NCBI GenBank assembly: GCA_964016885.1
Contig: OZ024744.1
Location: forward strand, 24,304,001 to 24,368,000
Source: Eledone cirrhosa
Taxonomy: Eukaryota
Direction: 5' to 3'
DNA length: 64,000 nt
Shown: positions 14,391 to 29,900 of the stretch, piece after piece
Numbering within the stretch: the stretch's first letter is position 1
Layout: each line of letters begins with the position of its first letter
Notes under the pieces: model-generated
Told to the model about the DNA's origin: nothing
Database searches by the model: none
The model's input: only the letters and a program-made list of their open reading frames with translations
Translations under genes and position numbers: made by a program

Positions 14391-17300
14391 AACTCGTTTT
14401 AACAACAGCTGAATCTTAAGATTAAACTCATTTTAACAACAGTTGAATCTCAAGACAAAACCCGTTTTAACAACAGTTGAATCTTAAGAACTGACTCGTT
14501 TTAACAACAGTTGAATCTTAAGAACTGACTCGTTTTAACAACAACTGAATCTTAAGATTAAACTCGTTTTAACAACAGTTGAATCTTAAGAACTGTCTCG
14601 TTTTAACAACAGTTGAATCTTAAGATAAACCTCGTTTTAACAACAGTTTAATCTTAACAACTCACTCGTTTTAACAACAGTTGAATCTTAAGATAAAATT
14701 CGTTTTAACAACAGTTGAATCTTAAGAACTGATTCGTTTTAACAACAGTTCAAACTTAAGGACTGACTCGTTTTAACAACAGTTGAATCTTATGATAAAA
14801 CTCATTTTAACAACAGTTGAATCTTAAGAACTGATTCGTTTTAACAACAGATGAATCTTAAGATAAACCTCGTTTTAACAAAAGTTGAATCTTAAGAACT
14901 GGCTCGTTTTAACAACAGTTGAATCTTAAGAACTGTCTCGTTTTAACAACAGTTGAATCTTAAGAACTGACTCGTTTTAACAACAGTTGAATCTTATGAT
15001 ATAACCCATTTTAACAACAGTTGAATCTTAAGATAAAACTCGTTTTAACAACAGTTGAATCTTAATAACTGACTCGTTTTAACAACAGTTGAATCTTAAG
15101 ATAAAACTCGTTTTAACAACAGTTGAATCTTAAGAACTGACTCGTTTTAACAACAGTTGAATCTTAAGAACTGACTCGTTTTATAAACAGTTCAACCTTA
15201 AGAACTGACTCGTTTTAACAACAGTTGAATCTTCAAATAAAACCCGTTTTAACAACAGTTGAATATTAAGAACTGACTCGTTTTAACAGCAGTTGAACCT
15301 TAATATAAAACTCATTTTAACAACAGTTGAATCTCAAGACAAAACCCGTTTTAACAACAGTTGAATCTTAAGAACTGACTCGTTTTAACAACAGTTGAAT
15401 CTTAAGAACTGACTCGTTTTAACAACAGTTGAATCTTAAGAACTGTCTCGTTTTAACAACAGTTGAATCTTAAGATAAACCTCGTTTTAACAACAGTTTA
15501 ATCTTAACAACTGACTCGTTTTAACAACAGTTGAATCTTAAGATAAAATTCGTTTTAACAACAGTTGAATCTTAAGAACTGATTCGTTTTAACAACAGTT
15601 CAAACTTAAGAACTGACTCGTTTTAACAACAGTTGAATCTTATGATAAAACTCATTTTAACAACAGTTGAATCTTAAGAACTGATTCGTTTTAACAACAG
15701 ATGAATCTTAAGATAAACCTCGCTTTAACAAAAGTTGAATCTTAAGAACTGGCTCGTTTTAACAACAGTTGAATCTTAAGAACTGTCTCGTTTTAACAAC
15801 ACTTGAATCTTAAGAACTGACTCGTTTTAACAACAGTTGAATCTTATGATAAAACCCATTTTAACAACAGTTGAATCTTAAGATAAAACTCGTTTTAACA
15901 ACAGTTGAATCTTAAGAACTGACTCGTTTTAACAACAGTTGAATCTTAAGATAAAACTCGTTTTAACAACAGTTGAATCTTAAGAACTGACTCGTTTTAA
16001 CAACATTTGAATCTTAAGAATTGACTCGTTTTATAAACAGTTCAACCTTAAGAACTGACTCGTTTTAACAACAGTTGAATCTTCAAATAAAACTCGTTTT
16101 AACAACAGTTGAATATTAAGAACTGACTCGCTTTAACAGCCGTTGAATCTTAATATAAAACTCGTTTTAACAACAGTTGAATCTTAAGAACTGACTCGTT
16201 TTAATAACAGTTGAATCTTAAGATAAAACTCGTTTTAACAACAGTTGAATCTTAAGAACTGACTCGTTTTAACAACAGCTGAATTTTAAGATAAAACTCG
16301 TTTTAACAACAGTTGAATCTTAAGAACTGACTCGTTTTAACAGCAGTTGAACCTTAATATAAAACTCATTTTAACAACAGTTGAATCTCAAGACAAAACC
16401 CGTTTTAACAACAGTTGAATCTTAAGAACTGACTCGTTTTAACAACAGTTGAATCTTAAGAACTGACTCGTTTTAACAACAGTTGAATCTTAAGAACTGT
16501 CTCGTTTTAACAACAGTTGAATCTTAAGATAAACCTCGTTTTAACAACAGTTTAATCTTAACAACTGACTCGTTTTAACAACAGTTGAATCTTAAGATAA
16601 AATTCGTTTTAACAACAGTTGAATCTTAAGAACTGATTCGTTTTAACAACAGTTCAAACTTAAGAACTGACTCGTTTTAACAACAGTTGAATCTTATGAT
16701 AAAACTCATTTTAACAACAGTTGAATCTTAAGAACTGATTCGTTTTAACAACAGATGAATCTTAAGATAAACCTCGCTTTAACAAAAGTTGAATCTTAAG
16801 AACTGGCTCGTTTTAACAACAGTTGAATCTTAAGAACTGTCTCGTTTTAACAACACTTGAATCTTAAGAACTGACTCGTTTTAACAACAGTTGAATCTTA
16901 TGATAAAACCCATTTTAACAACAGTTGAATCTTAAGATAAAACTCGTTTTAACAACAGTTGAATCTTAAGAACTGACTCGTTTTAACAACAGTTGAATCT
17001 TAAGATAAAACTCGTTTTAACAACAGTTGAATCTTAAGAACTGACTCGTTTTAACAACATTTGAATCTTAAGAATTGACTCGTTTTATAAACAGTTCAAC
17101 CTTAAGAACTGACTCGTTTTAACAACAGTTGAATCTTCAAATAAAACTCGTTTTAACAACAGTTGAATATTAAGAACTGACTCGTTTTAACAGCCGTTGA
17201 ATCTTAATATAAAACTCGTTTTAACAACAGTTGAATCTTAAGAACTGACTCGTTTTAATAACAGTTGAATCTTAAGATAAAACTCGTTTTAACAACAGTT

Positions 17301-20300
17301 GAATCTTAAGAACTGACTCGTTTTAACAACAGCTGAATTTTAAGATAAAACTCGTTTTAACAACAGTTGAATCTTAAGAACTGACTCGTTTTATCAACAG
17401 TTCAACCTTAAGAACTGACTCATTTTAACAACAGTTGAATCTTCAAATAAAACTCGTTTTAACAACAGTTGAATGTTAAGAACTGATTCGTTTTAACAAC
17501 AGCTGAATCTTAAGATAAACTCGTTTTAACAACAGTTGAATCTTAAGATAAACCTCGTTTTAACAACAGTTTAATCTTAAGAACTGACTCGTTTTAACAA
17601 CACTTGAATCTTAAGATAAAATTCGTTTTAACAACAGTTGAATCTTAAGAACTGATTCGTTTTAACAACAGTTTAAACTTAAGAACTGACTCGTTTTAAC
17701 AACAGTTGAATCTTAAGATAAAACTCGTTTTAACAACAGTTGAATCTTAAGAACTGATTCGTATTAACAACAGTTGAATATTAAGATAAAACTCGTTTTA
17801 ACAACAGTTAAATCTTAAGAACTGACTCGTTTTAACAACAGTTGAATCTTAAGATAAAACTCGTTTTAACAACAGTTAAATCTTAAGAACTGTCTCGTTT
17901 TAACAACAGTTGAATCTTAAGAACTGACTCGTTTTAACAACAGTTGAATCTTATGATAAGACTCATTTTAACAACAGTTGAATCTTAAGATAAAACTCGT
18001 TTTAACAACAGTTGAATCTTAAGAACTGACTCGTTTTAACAACAGTTGAATCTTAAGATAAAACTCGTTTTAACAACAGTTGAATCTTAAGAACTGACTC
18101 GTTTTAACAACAGTTGAATCTTAAGAACTGACTCGTTTTATAAACAGTTCAACCTTAAGAACTTACTCGTTTTAACAACAGTTGAATATTAAGAACTGAT
18201 TCGTTTTAACAGCAGTTGAATCTTAATATAAAACTCGTTTTAACAACAGTTGAATCTTAAGAACTGACTCGTTTTAATAACAGTTGAATCTTAAGATAGA
18301 ACTCGTTTTAACAACAGTTGAATCTTAAGAACTGACTCGTTTTAACAACAGCTGAATTTTAAGATAAAACTCGTTTTAACAACAGTTGAATCTTAAGAAC
18401 TGACTCGTTTTATCAACAGTTCAACCTTAAGAACTGACTCATTTTAACAACAGTTGAATCTTCAAATAAAACTCGTTTTAACAACAGTTGAATGTTAAGA
18501 ACTGAATCGTTTTAACAACAGCTGAATCTTAAGATAAACTCGTTTTAACAACAGTTGAATCTTAAGATAAACCTCGTTTTAACAACAGTTTAATCTTAAG
18601 AACTGAATCGTTTTAACAACAGTTGAATCTTAAGATAAAATTCGTTTTAACAATAGTTGAATCTTAAGAACTGATTCGTTTTAACAACAGTTCAAACTTA
18701 AGAACTGACTCGTTTTAACAACTGCTGAATCTTCAGATGAAACTCGTTTTAACAACAGTTGAATCTTAAGAACTGACTCATTTTAACAACAGTTGAATCT
18801 TAAGATAAAACATCATTTTAACAACAGTTGAATCTTAAAATAAAACTCGTTTTAACAACAGTTGAATCTTAAGAACTGACTCGTTTTAACAACAGTTGAA
18901 TCTTAAGAACTGACTCGTTTTAACAACAATTCAACCTTAAGAACTGACTCGTTTTAACAACAGTTGAATCTTAAGAACGGACTCGTTTTAACAACAGTTG
19001 AATCTTAAGAACTGACTCGTTTTAACAACAACTGAATCTTAAGATTAAACTCGTTTTAACAACAGTTGAATCTTAAGAACTGTCTCGTTTTAACAACAGT
19101 TGAATCTTAAGATAAACCTCGTTTTAACAACAGTTTAATCTTAACAACTGACTCGTTTTAACAACAGTTGAATCTTAAGATAAAATTCGTTTTAACAACA
19201 GTTGAATCTTAAGAACTGATTCGTTTTAACAACAGTTCAAACTTAAGAACTGACTCGTTTTAACAACAGTTGAATCTTATGATAAAACTCATTTTAACAA
19301 CAGTTGAATCTTAAGAACTGATTCGTTTTAACAACAAATGAATCTTAAGATAAACCTCGCTTTAACAAAAGTTGAATCTTAAGAACTGGCTCGTTTTAAC
19401 AACAGTTGAATCTTAAGAACTGTCTCGTTTTAACAACACTTGAATCTTAAGAACTGACTCGTTTTAACAACAGTTGAATCTTATGATAAACCCATTTTAA
19501 CAACAGTTGAATCTTAAGAACTGACTCGTTTTAACAACAGTTGAATCTTAAGATAAAACTCGTTTTAACAACAGTTGAATCTTAAGAACTGACTCGTTTT
19601 AACAACAGTTGAATCTTAAGAACTGACTCGTTTTATAAACAGTTCAACCTTAAGAACTGACTCGTTTTAACAACAGTTGAATCTTCAAATAAAACTCGTT
19701 TTAACAACAGTTGAATATTAAGAACTGACTCGTTTTAACAGCAGTTGAATCTTAATATAAAACTCGTTTTAACAACAGTTGAATCTTAAGAACTGACTCG
19801 TTTTAATAACAGTTGAATCTTAAGATAAAACTCGTTTTAACAACATTTGAATCTTAAAAACTGACTCGTTTTAACATCAGCTGAATTTTAAGATAAAACT
19901 CGTTTTAACAACAGTTGAATCTTAAGAACTGACTCGTTTTATCAACAGTTCAACCTTAAGAACTGACTCGTTTTAACAACAGTTGAATCTTCAAATAAAA
20001 CTCGTTTTAACAACAGTTGAATCTTAAGAACTGACTCGTTTTAACAACAGTTGAATCTTAAGATAAAACTCGTTTTAACAACAGCTGAATCTTAAGATTA
20101 AACTCATTTTAACAACAGTTGAATCTCAAGACAAAACCCGTTTTAACAACAGTTGAATCTTAAGAACTGACTCGTTTTAACAACAGTTGAATCTTAAGAA
20201 CTGACTCGTTTAACAACAGTTGAATCTTAAGAACTGTCTCGTTTTAACAACAGTTGAATCTTAAGATAAACCTCGTTTTAACAACAGTTTAATCTTAACA

Positions 20301-23300
20301 ACTGACTCGTTTTAACAACAGTTGAATCTTAAGATAAAATTCGTTTTAACAACAGTTGAATCTTAAGAACTGATTCGTTTTAACAACAGTTCAAACTTAA
20401 GAACTGACTCGTTTTAACAACAGTTGAATCTTAAGAACTGACTCGTTTTATAAACAGTTCAACCTTAAGAACTTACTCGTTTTAACAACAGTTGAATATT
20501 AAGAACTGATTCGTTTTAACAGCAGTTGAATCTTAATATAAAACTCGTTTTAACAACAGTTGAATCTTAAGAACTAACTCGTTTTAATAACAGTTGAATC
20601 TTAAGATAGAACTCGTTTTAACAACAGTTGAATCTTAAGAACTGACTCGTTTTAACAACAGCTGAATTTTAAGATAAAACTCGTTTTAACAACAGTTGAA
20701 TCTTAAGAACTGACTCGTTTTATCAACAGTTCAACCTTAAGAACTGACTCGTTTTAACAACAGTTGAATCTTCAAATAAACCTCGTTTTAACAACAGTTG
20801 CATCTTAAGAACTGGCTCGTTTAAACAACAGTTGAATCTTAAGATAAAACTCGTTTTAACAACAGTTGAATCTTAAGAACTGACTCGTTTTAACAACAGT
20901 TGAATCTTAAGAACTGACTCGTTTTAACAACAGTTGAATCTTAAGATAAAATTCGTTTTATCAACAGTTGAATCTTAAGAACTAATTCGTTTTAACAACA
21001 GTTCAAACTTAAGAACAGACTCGTTTTAACAACAGTTGAATCTTAAGAACTGACTCGTTTTAACAACAGTTGAATCTTAAGATAAACTCGTGTTAACAAC
21101 AGTTGAATCTTAAGAACTGACTCGTTTTAACAACAGCTGAATCTTAAGATAAAACTCGTATTAACAACAGTTGAATCTTAAGAACTGACTCGTTTTATCA
21201 ACAGTTCAACCTTAAGAACTGACTCGTTTTAACAACAGGTGAATCTTCAAATAAAACTCGTTTTAACAACAGATGAATCTTAAGAACTGACTCGTTTTAA
21301 CAACAGTTGAATCTTAAGATAAAACTCGTTTTAACAACAGCTGAATCTTAAGATTAAACTCATTTTAACAACAGTTGAATCTCAAGACAAAACCCGTTTT
21401 AACAACAGTTGAATCTTAAGAACTGACTCGTTTTAACAACAGTTGAATCTTAAGAACTGACTCGTTTTAACAACAACTGAATCTTAAGATTAAACTCGTT
21501 TTAACAACAGTTGAATCTTAAGAACTGTCTCGTTTTAACAACAGTTGAATCTTAAGATAAACCTCGTTTTAACAACAGTTTAATCTTAACAACTCACTCG
21601 TTTTAACAACAGTTGAATCTTAAGATAAAATTCGTTTTAACAACAGTTGAATCTTAAGAACTGATTCGTTTTAACAACAGTTCAAACTTAAGGACTGACT
21701 CGTTTTAACAACAGTTGAATCTTATGATAAAACTCATTTTAACAACAGTTGAATCTTAAGAACTGATTCGTTTTAACAACAGATGAATCTTAAGATAAAC
21801 CTCGTTTTAACAAAAGTTGAATCTTAAGAACTGGCTCGTTTTAACAACAGTTGAATCTTAAGAACTGTCTCGTTTTAACAACAGTTGAATCTTAAGAACT
21901 GACTCGTTTTAACAACAGTTGAATCTTATGATATAACCCATTTTAACAACAGTTGAATCTTAAGATAAAACTCGTTTTAACAACAGTTGAATCTTAATAA
22001 CTGACTCGTTTTAACAACAGTTGAATCTTAAGATAAAACTCGTTTTAACAACAGTTGAATCTTAAGAACTGACTCGTTTTAACAACAGTTGAATCTTAAG
22101 AACTGACTCGTTTTATAAACAGTTCAACCTTAAGAACTGACTCGTTTTAACAACAGTTGAATCTTCAAATAAAACCCGTTTTAACAACAGTTGAATATTA
22201 AGAACTGACTCGTTTTAACAGCAGTTGAACCTTAATATAAAACTCATTTTAACAACAGTTGAATCTCAAGACAAAACCCGTTTTAACAACAGTTGAATCT
22301 TAAGAACTGACTCGTTTTACCAACAGTTGAATCTTAAGAACTGACTCGTTTTAACAACAGTTGAATCTTAAGAACTGTCTCGTTTTAACAACAGTTGAAT
22401 CTTAAGATAAACCTCGTTTTAACAACAGTTTAATCTTAACAACTGACTCGTTTTAACAACAGTTGAATCTTAAGATAAAATTCGTTTTAACAACAGTTGA
22501 ATCTTAAGAACTGATTCGTTTTAACAACAGTTCAAACTTAAGAACTGACTCGTTTTAACAACAGTTGAATCTTATGATAAAACTCATTTTAACAACAGTT
22601 GAATCTTAAGAACTGATTCGTTTTAACAACAGATGAATCTTAAGATAAACCTCGCTTTAACAAAAGTTGAATCTTAAGAACTGGCTCGTTTTAACAACAG
22701 TTGAATCTTAAGAACTGTCTCGTTTTAACAACACTTGAATCTTAAGAACTGACTCGTTTTAACAACAGTTGAATCTTATGATAAAACCCATTTTAACAAC
22801 AGTTGAATCTTAAGATAAAACTCGTTTTAACAACAGTTGAATCTTAAGAACTGACTCGTTTTAACAACAGTTGAATCTTAAGATAAAACTCGTTTTAACA
22901 ACAGTTGAATCTTAAGAACTGACTCGTTTTAACAACATTTGAATCTTAAGAATTGACTCGTTTTATAAACAGTTCAACCTTAAGAACTGACTCGTTTTAA
23001 CAACAGTTGAATCTTCAAATAAAACTCGTTTTAACAACAGTTGAATATTAAGAACTGACTCGTTTTAACAGCCGTTGAATCTTAATATAAAACTCGTTTT
23101 AACAACAGTTGAATCTTAAGAACTGACTCGTTTTAATAACAGTTGAATCTTAAGATAAAACTCGTTTTAACAACAGTTGAATCTTAAGAACTGACTCGTT
23201 TTAACAACAGCTGAATTTTAAGATAAAACTCGTTTTAACAACAGTTGAATCTTAAGAACTGACTCGTTTTATCAACAGTTCAACCTTAAGAACTGACTCA

Positions 23301-26300
23301 TTTTAACAACAGTTGAATCTTCAAATAAAACTCGTTTTAACAACAGTTGAATGTTAAGAACTGATTCGTTTTAACAACAGCTGAATCTTAAGATAAACTC
23401 GTTTTAACAACAGTTGAATCTTAAGATAAACCTCGTTTTAACAACAGTTTAATCTTAAGAACTGACTCGTTTTAACAACACTTGAATCTTAAGATAAAAT
23501 TCGTTTTAACAACAGTTGAATCTTAAGAACTGATTCGTTTTAACAACAGTTTAAACTTAAGAACTGACTCGTTTTAACAACAGTTGAATCTTAAGATAAA
23601 ACTCGTTTTAACAACAGTTGAATCTTAAGAACTGATTCGTATTAACAACAGTTGAATATTAAGATAAAACTCGTTTTAACAACAGTTAAATCTTAAGAAC
23701 TGACTCGTTTTAACAACAGTTGAATCTTAAGATAAAACTCGTTTTAACAACAGTTAAATCTTAAGAACTGTCTCGTTTTAACAACAGTTGAATCTTAAGA
23801 ACTGACTCGTTTTAACAACAGTTGAATCTTATGATAAGACTCATTTTAACAACAGTTGAATCTTAAGATAAAACTCGTTTTAACAACAGTTGAATCTTAA
23901 GAACTGACTCGTTTTAACAACAGTTGAATCTTAAGATAAAACTCGTTTTAACAACAGTTGAATCTTAAGAACTGACTCGTTTTAACAACAGTTGAATCTT
24001 AAGAACTGACTCGTTTTATAAACAGTTCAACCTTAAGAACTTACTCGTTTTAACAACAGTTGAATATTAAGAACTGATTCGTTTTAACAGCAGTTGAATC
24101 TTAATATAAAACTCGTTTTAACAACAGTTGAATCTTAAGAACTGACTCGTTTTAATAACAGTTGAATCTTAAGATAGAACTCGTTTTAACAACAGTTGAA
24201 TCTTAAGAACTGACTCGTTTTAACAACAGCTGAATTTTAAGATAAAACTCGTTTTAACAACAGTTGAATCTTAAGAACTGACTCGTTTTATCAACAGTTC
24301 AACCTTAAGAACTGACTCATTTTAACAACAGTTGAATCTTCAAATAAAACTCGTTTTAACAACAGTTGAATGTTAAGAACTGAATCGTTTTAACAACAGC
24401 TGAATCTTAAGATAAACTCGTTTTAACAACAGTTGAATCTTAAGATAAACCTCGTTTTAACAACAGTTTAATCTTAAGAACTGAATCGTTTTAACAACAG
24501 TTGAATCTTAAGATAAAATTCGTTTTAACAATAGTTGAATCTTAAGAACTGATTCGTTTTAACAACAGTTCAAACTTAAGAACTGACTCGTTTTAACAAC
24601 TGCTGAATCTTCAGATGAAACTCGTTTTAACAACAGTTGAATCTTAAGAACTGACTCATTTTAACAACAGTTGAATCTTAAGACAAAACATCATTTTAAC
24701 AACAGTTGAATCTTAAAATAAAACTCGTTTTAACAACAGTTGAATCTTAAGAACTGACTCGTTTTAACAACAGTTGAATCTTAAGAACTGACTCGTTTTA
24801 ACAACAATTCAACCTTAAGAACTGACTCGTTTTAACAACAGTTGAATCTTAAGAACGGACTCGTTTTAACAACAGTTGAATCTTAAGAACTGACTCGTTT
24901 TAACAACAACTGAATCTTAAGATTAAACTCGTTTTAACAACAGTTGAATCTTAAGAACTGTCTCGTTTTAACAACAGTTGAATCTTAAGATAAACCTCGT
25001 TTTAACAACAGTTTAATCTTAACAACTGACTCGTTTTAACAACAGTTGAATCTTAAGATAAAATTCGTTTTAACAACAGTTGAATCTTAAGAACTGATTC
25101 GTTTTAACAACAGTTCAAACTTAAGAACTGACTCGTTTTAACAACAGTTGAATCTTATGATAAAACTCATTTTAACAACAGTTGAATCTTAAGAACTGAT
25201 TCGTTTTAACAACAAATGAATCTTAAGATAAACCTCGCTTTAACAAAAGTTGAATCTTAAGAACTGGCTCGTTTTAACAACAGTTGAATCTTAAGAACTG
25301 TCTCGTTTTAACAACACTTGAATCTTAAGAACTGACTCGTTTTAACAACAGTTGAATCTTATGATAAACCCATTTTAACAACAGTTGAATCTTAAGAACT
25401 GACTCGTTTTAACAACAGTTGAATCTTAAGATAAAACTCGTTTTAACAACAGTTGAATCTTAAGAACTGACTCGTTTTAACAACAGTTGAATCTTAAGAA
25501 CTGACTCGTTTTATAAACAGTTCAACCTTAAGAACTGACTCGTTTTAACAACAGTTGAATCTTCAAATAAAACTCGTTTTAACAACAGTTGAATATTAAG
25601 AACTGACTCGTTTTAACAGCAGTTGAATCTTAATATAAAACTCGTTTTAACAACAGTTGAATCTTAAGAACTGACTCGTTTTAATAACAGTTGAATCTTA
25701 AGATAAAACTCGTTTTAACAACATTTGAATCTTAAAAACTGACTCGTTTTAACATCAGCTGAATTTTAAGATAAAACTCGTTTTAACAACAGTTGAATCT
25801 TAAGAACTGACTCGTTTTATCAACAGTTCAACCTTAAGAACTGACTCGTTTTAACAACAGTTGAATCTTCAAATAAAACTCGTTTTAACAACAGTTGAAT
25901 CTTAAGAACTGACTCGTTTTAACAACAGTTGAATCTTAAGATAAAACTCGTTTTAACAACAGCTGAATCTTAAGATTAAACTCATTTTAACAACAGTTGA
26001 ATCTCAAGACAAAACCCGTTTTAACAACAGTTGAATCTTAAGAACTGACTCGTTTTAACAACAGTTGAATCTTAAGAACTGACTCGTTTAACAACAGTTG
26101 AATCTTAAGAACTGTCTCGTTTTAACAACAGTTGAATCTTAAGATAAACCTCGTTTTAACAACAGTTTAATCTTAACAACTGACTCGTTTTAACAACAGT
26201 TGAATCTTAAGATAAAATTCGTTTTAACAACAGTTGAATCTTAAGAACTGATTCGTTTTAACAACAGTTCAAACTTAAGAACTGACTCGTTTTAACAACA

Positions 26301-26900
26301 GTTGAATCTTAAGAACTGACTCGTTTTATAAACAGTTCAACCTTAAGAACTTACTCGTTTTAACAACAGTTGAATATTAAGAACTGATTCGTTTTAACAG
26401 CAGTTGAATCTTAATATAAAACTCGTTTTAACAACAGTTGAATCTTAAGAACTAACTCGTTTTAATAACAGTTGAATCTTAAGATAGAACTCGTTTTAAC
26501 AACAGTTGAATCTTAAGAACTGACTCGTTTTAACAACAGCTGAATTTTAAGATAAAACTCGTTTTAACAACAGTTGAATCTTAAGAACTGACTCGTTTTA
26601 TCAACAGTTCAACCTTAAGAACTGACTCGTTTTAACAACAGTTGAATCTTCAAATAAACCTCGTTTTAACAACAGTTGCATCTTAAGAACTGGCTCGTTT
26701 AAACAACAGTTGAATCTTAAGATAAAACTCGTTTTAACAACAGTTGAATCTTAAGAACTGACTCGTTTTAACAACAGTTGAATCTTAAGAACTGACTCGT
26801 TTTAACAACAGTTGAATCTTAAGATAAAATTCGTTTTATCAACAGTTGAATCTTAAGAACTAATTCGTTTTAACAACAGTTCAAACTTAAGAACAGACTC
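14345..26900. repeat. Near-tandem higher-order duplication, 5878-bp period (~173 monomers): ~14345-21020 versus ~21277-26900
   Basis: Offset 5878: GCCG 17193/23071, TGCTGAATCTTCAG 18723/24601, GAACGG (CGG at 18978/24856), ACAGAC 21015/26893. Offset 6932 (5878 + 1054) for the upstream markers CTCACTCG 14661/21593 and ATAACCC 15001/21933. Confidence 0.9.
15267..17390. repeat. Tandem duplication of 1054 bp (31 monomers) inside the first 5.9-kb copy
   Basis: CAGCAGTTGAACC at 15287/16341 and GCCG at 16139/17193 (1054 = 31x34). The extra unit is absent from the second copy at ~22200-23250. Confidence 0.9.
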
Positions 26901-29900
26901 GTATTAACAACAGTTGAATCTTATTATAAAACTCATTTTAACAACAGTTCAACCTTAAGAACTGACTCGTTTTAACAACAGTTGAATCTTCAAATAAACC
27001 TCGTTTTAACAACAGTTGCATCTTAAGAACTGGCTCATTTAAACAACAGTTGAATATTAAGATAAAACACGTTTTAACAACAGTTGAATCTTAAGAACTG
27101 ACTCGTTTTAACAACAGTTGAATCTTCAAATAAAACTCGTTTTAACAACAGTTGAATATTAAGAACTGACTCGTTTTAACAACAGTTCAACCTTAAGAAC
27201 TGACTCGTTTTAACAACAGTTGAATCTTCAAATAAAACTCGTTTTAACAACAGTTGAATCTTAAGAATTGACTCGTTTTAACAACAGTTGAATCTTAAGA
27301 CAAAACCCGTTTTAACAACAGTTGAATCTTAAGAACTGACTCGTTTTAACAACAGTTGAATCTTAAGATAAAACTCGTTTTAACAACAGTTGAATCTTAA
27401 GAACTGACTCGTTTTAACAACAGTTGAATCTTAAGATAAACTCGTGTTAACAACAGTTGAATCTTAAGAACTGACTCGTTTTAACAACAGCTGAATCTTA
27501 AGATAAAACTCGTATTAACAACAGTTGAATCTTAAGAACTGACTCGTTTTATCAACAGTTCAACCTTAAGAACTGACTCGTTTTAACAACAGTTGAATCT
27601 TCAAATAAAACTCGTTTTAACAACAGTTGAATCTTAAGAACTGACTCGTTTTAACAACAGTTGAATCTTAAGATAAAACTCGTTTTAACAACAGCTGAAT
27701 CTTAAGATTAAACTCATTTTAACAACAGTTGAATCTCAAGACAAAACCCGTTTTAACAACAGTTGAATCTTAAGAACTGACTCGTTTTAACAACAGTTGA
27801 ATCTTAAGAACTGACTCGTTTTAACAACAACTGAATCTTAAGATTAAACTCGTTTTAACAACAGTTGAATCTTAAGAACTGTCTCGTTTTAACAACAGTT
27901 GAATCTTAAGATAAACCTCGTTTTAACAACAGTTTAATCTTAACAACTGACTCGTTTTAACAACAGTTGAATCTTAAGATAAAATTCGTTTTAACAACAG
28001 TTGAATCTTAAGAACTGATTCGTTTTAACAACAGTTGAATCTTAAGATAAAACTCATTTTAACAACAGTTGAATCTTAAGAACTGATTCGTTTTAACAAC
28101 AGATGAATCTTAAGATAAACCTCGTTTTAACAAAAGTTGAATCTTAAGAACTGGCTCGTTTTAACAACAGTTGAATCTTAAGAACTGTCTCGTTTTAACA
28201 ACAGTTGAATCTTAAGAACTGACTCGTTTTAACAACAGTTGAATCTTATGATAAAACCCATTTTAACAACAGTTGAATCTTAAGATAAAACTCGTTTTAA
28301 CAACAGTTGAATCTTAATAACTGACTCGTTTTAACAACAGTTGAATCTTAAGATAAAACTCGTTTTAACAACAGTTGAATCTTAAGAACTGACTCGTTTT
28401 AACAACAGTTGAATCTTAAGAACTGACTCGTTTTATAAACAGTTCAACCTTAAGAACTGACTCGTTTTAACAACAGTTGAATCTTCAAATAAAACCCGTT
28501 TTAACAACAGTTGAATATTAAGAACTGACTCGTTTTAACAGCAGTTGAACCTTAATATAAAACTCATTTTAACAACAGTTGAATCTTAAGAACTGATTCG
28601 TTTTAACAACAGATGAATCTTAAGATAAACCTCGTTTTAACAACAGTTGCATCTTAAGAACTGGCTCGTTTAACAACAGTTGAATCTTATGATAAAACCC
28701 ATTTTAACAACAGTTGAATCTTAAGAACTGACTCGTTTTAACAACAGTTGAATCTTAAGATAAAACTCGTTTTAACAACAGTTGAATCTTAAGAACTGAC
28801 TCGTTTTAACAACAGTTGAATCTTAAGAACTGACTCGTTTTATAAACAGTTCAACCTTAAGAACTGACTCGTTTTAACAACAGTTGAATCTTCAAATAAA
28901 ACTCGTTTTAACAACAGTTGAATATTAAGAACTGACTCGTTTTAACAGCAGTTGAATCTTAATGTAAAACTCGTTTTAACAACAGTTGAATCTTAAGAAC
29001 TGACTCGTTTTAATAACAGTTGAATCTTAAGATAAAACTCGTTTTAACAACAGTTGAATCTTAAGAACTGACTCGTTTTATCAACAGTTCAACCTTAAGA
29101 ACTGACTCGTTTTAACAACAGTTGAATCTTCAAATAAAACTCGTTTTAACAACAGTTGAATCTTCAAATAAAACTCGTTTTAACAACAGTTGAATCTTAA
29201 GAACTGACTCGTTTTAACAACAGTTGAATCTTAAGATAAAACTCGTTTTAACAACAGCTGAATCTTAAGATTAAACTCATTTTAACAACAGTTGAATCTC
29301 AAGACAAAGCCCGTTTTAACAACAGTTGAATCTTAAGAACTGACTCGTTTTAACAACAGTTGAATCTTAAGAACTGACTCGTTTTAACAACAACTGAATC
29401 TTAAGATTAAACTCGTTTTAACAACAGTTGAATCTTAAGAACTGTCTCGTTTTAACAACAGTTGAATCTTAAGACAAAACCCGTTTTAACAACAGTTGAA
29501 TCTTAAGAACTGACTCGTTTTAACAACAGTTGAATCTTCAAATAAAACTCGTTTTAACAACAGTTGAATCTTAAGAACTGACTCGTTTTAACAACAGTTC
29601 AACCTTAAGAACTGACTCGTTTTAACAACAGTTGAATCTTCAAATAAACCTCGTGTTAACAACAGTTGCATCTTAAGAACTGGCTCATTTAAACAACAGT
29701 TGAATCTTAAGATAAAACACGTTTTAACAACAGTTGAATCTTAAGAACTGACTCGTTTTAACAACAGTTGAATCTTCAAATAAAACTCGTTTTAACAACA
29801 GTTGAATCTTAAGAACTGACTCGTTTTAACAACAGTTCAACCTTAAGAACTGACTCGTTTTAACAACAGTTGAATCTTCAAATAAAACTCGTTTTAACAA

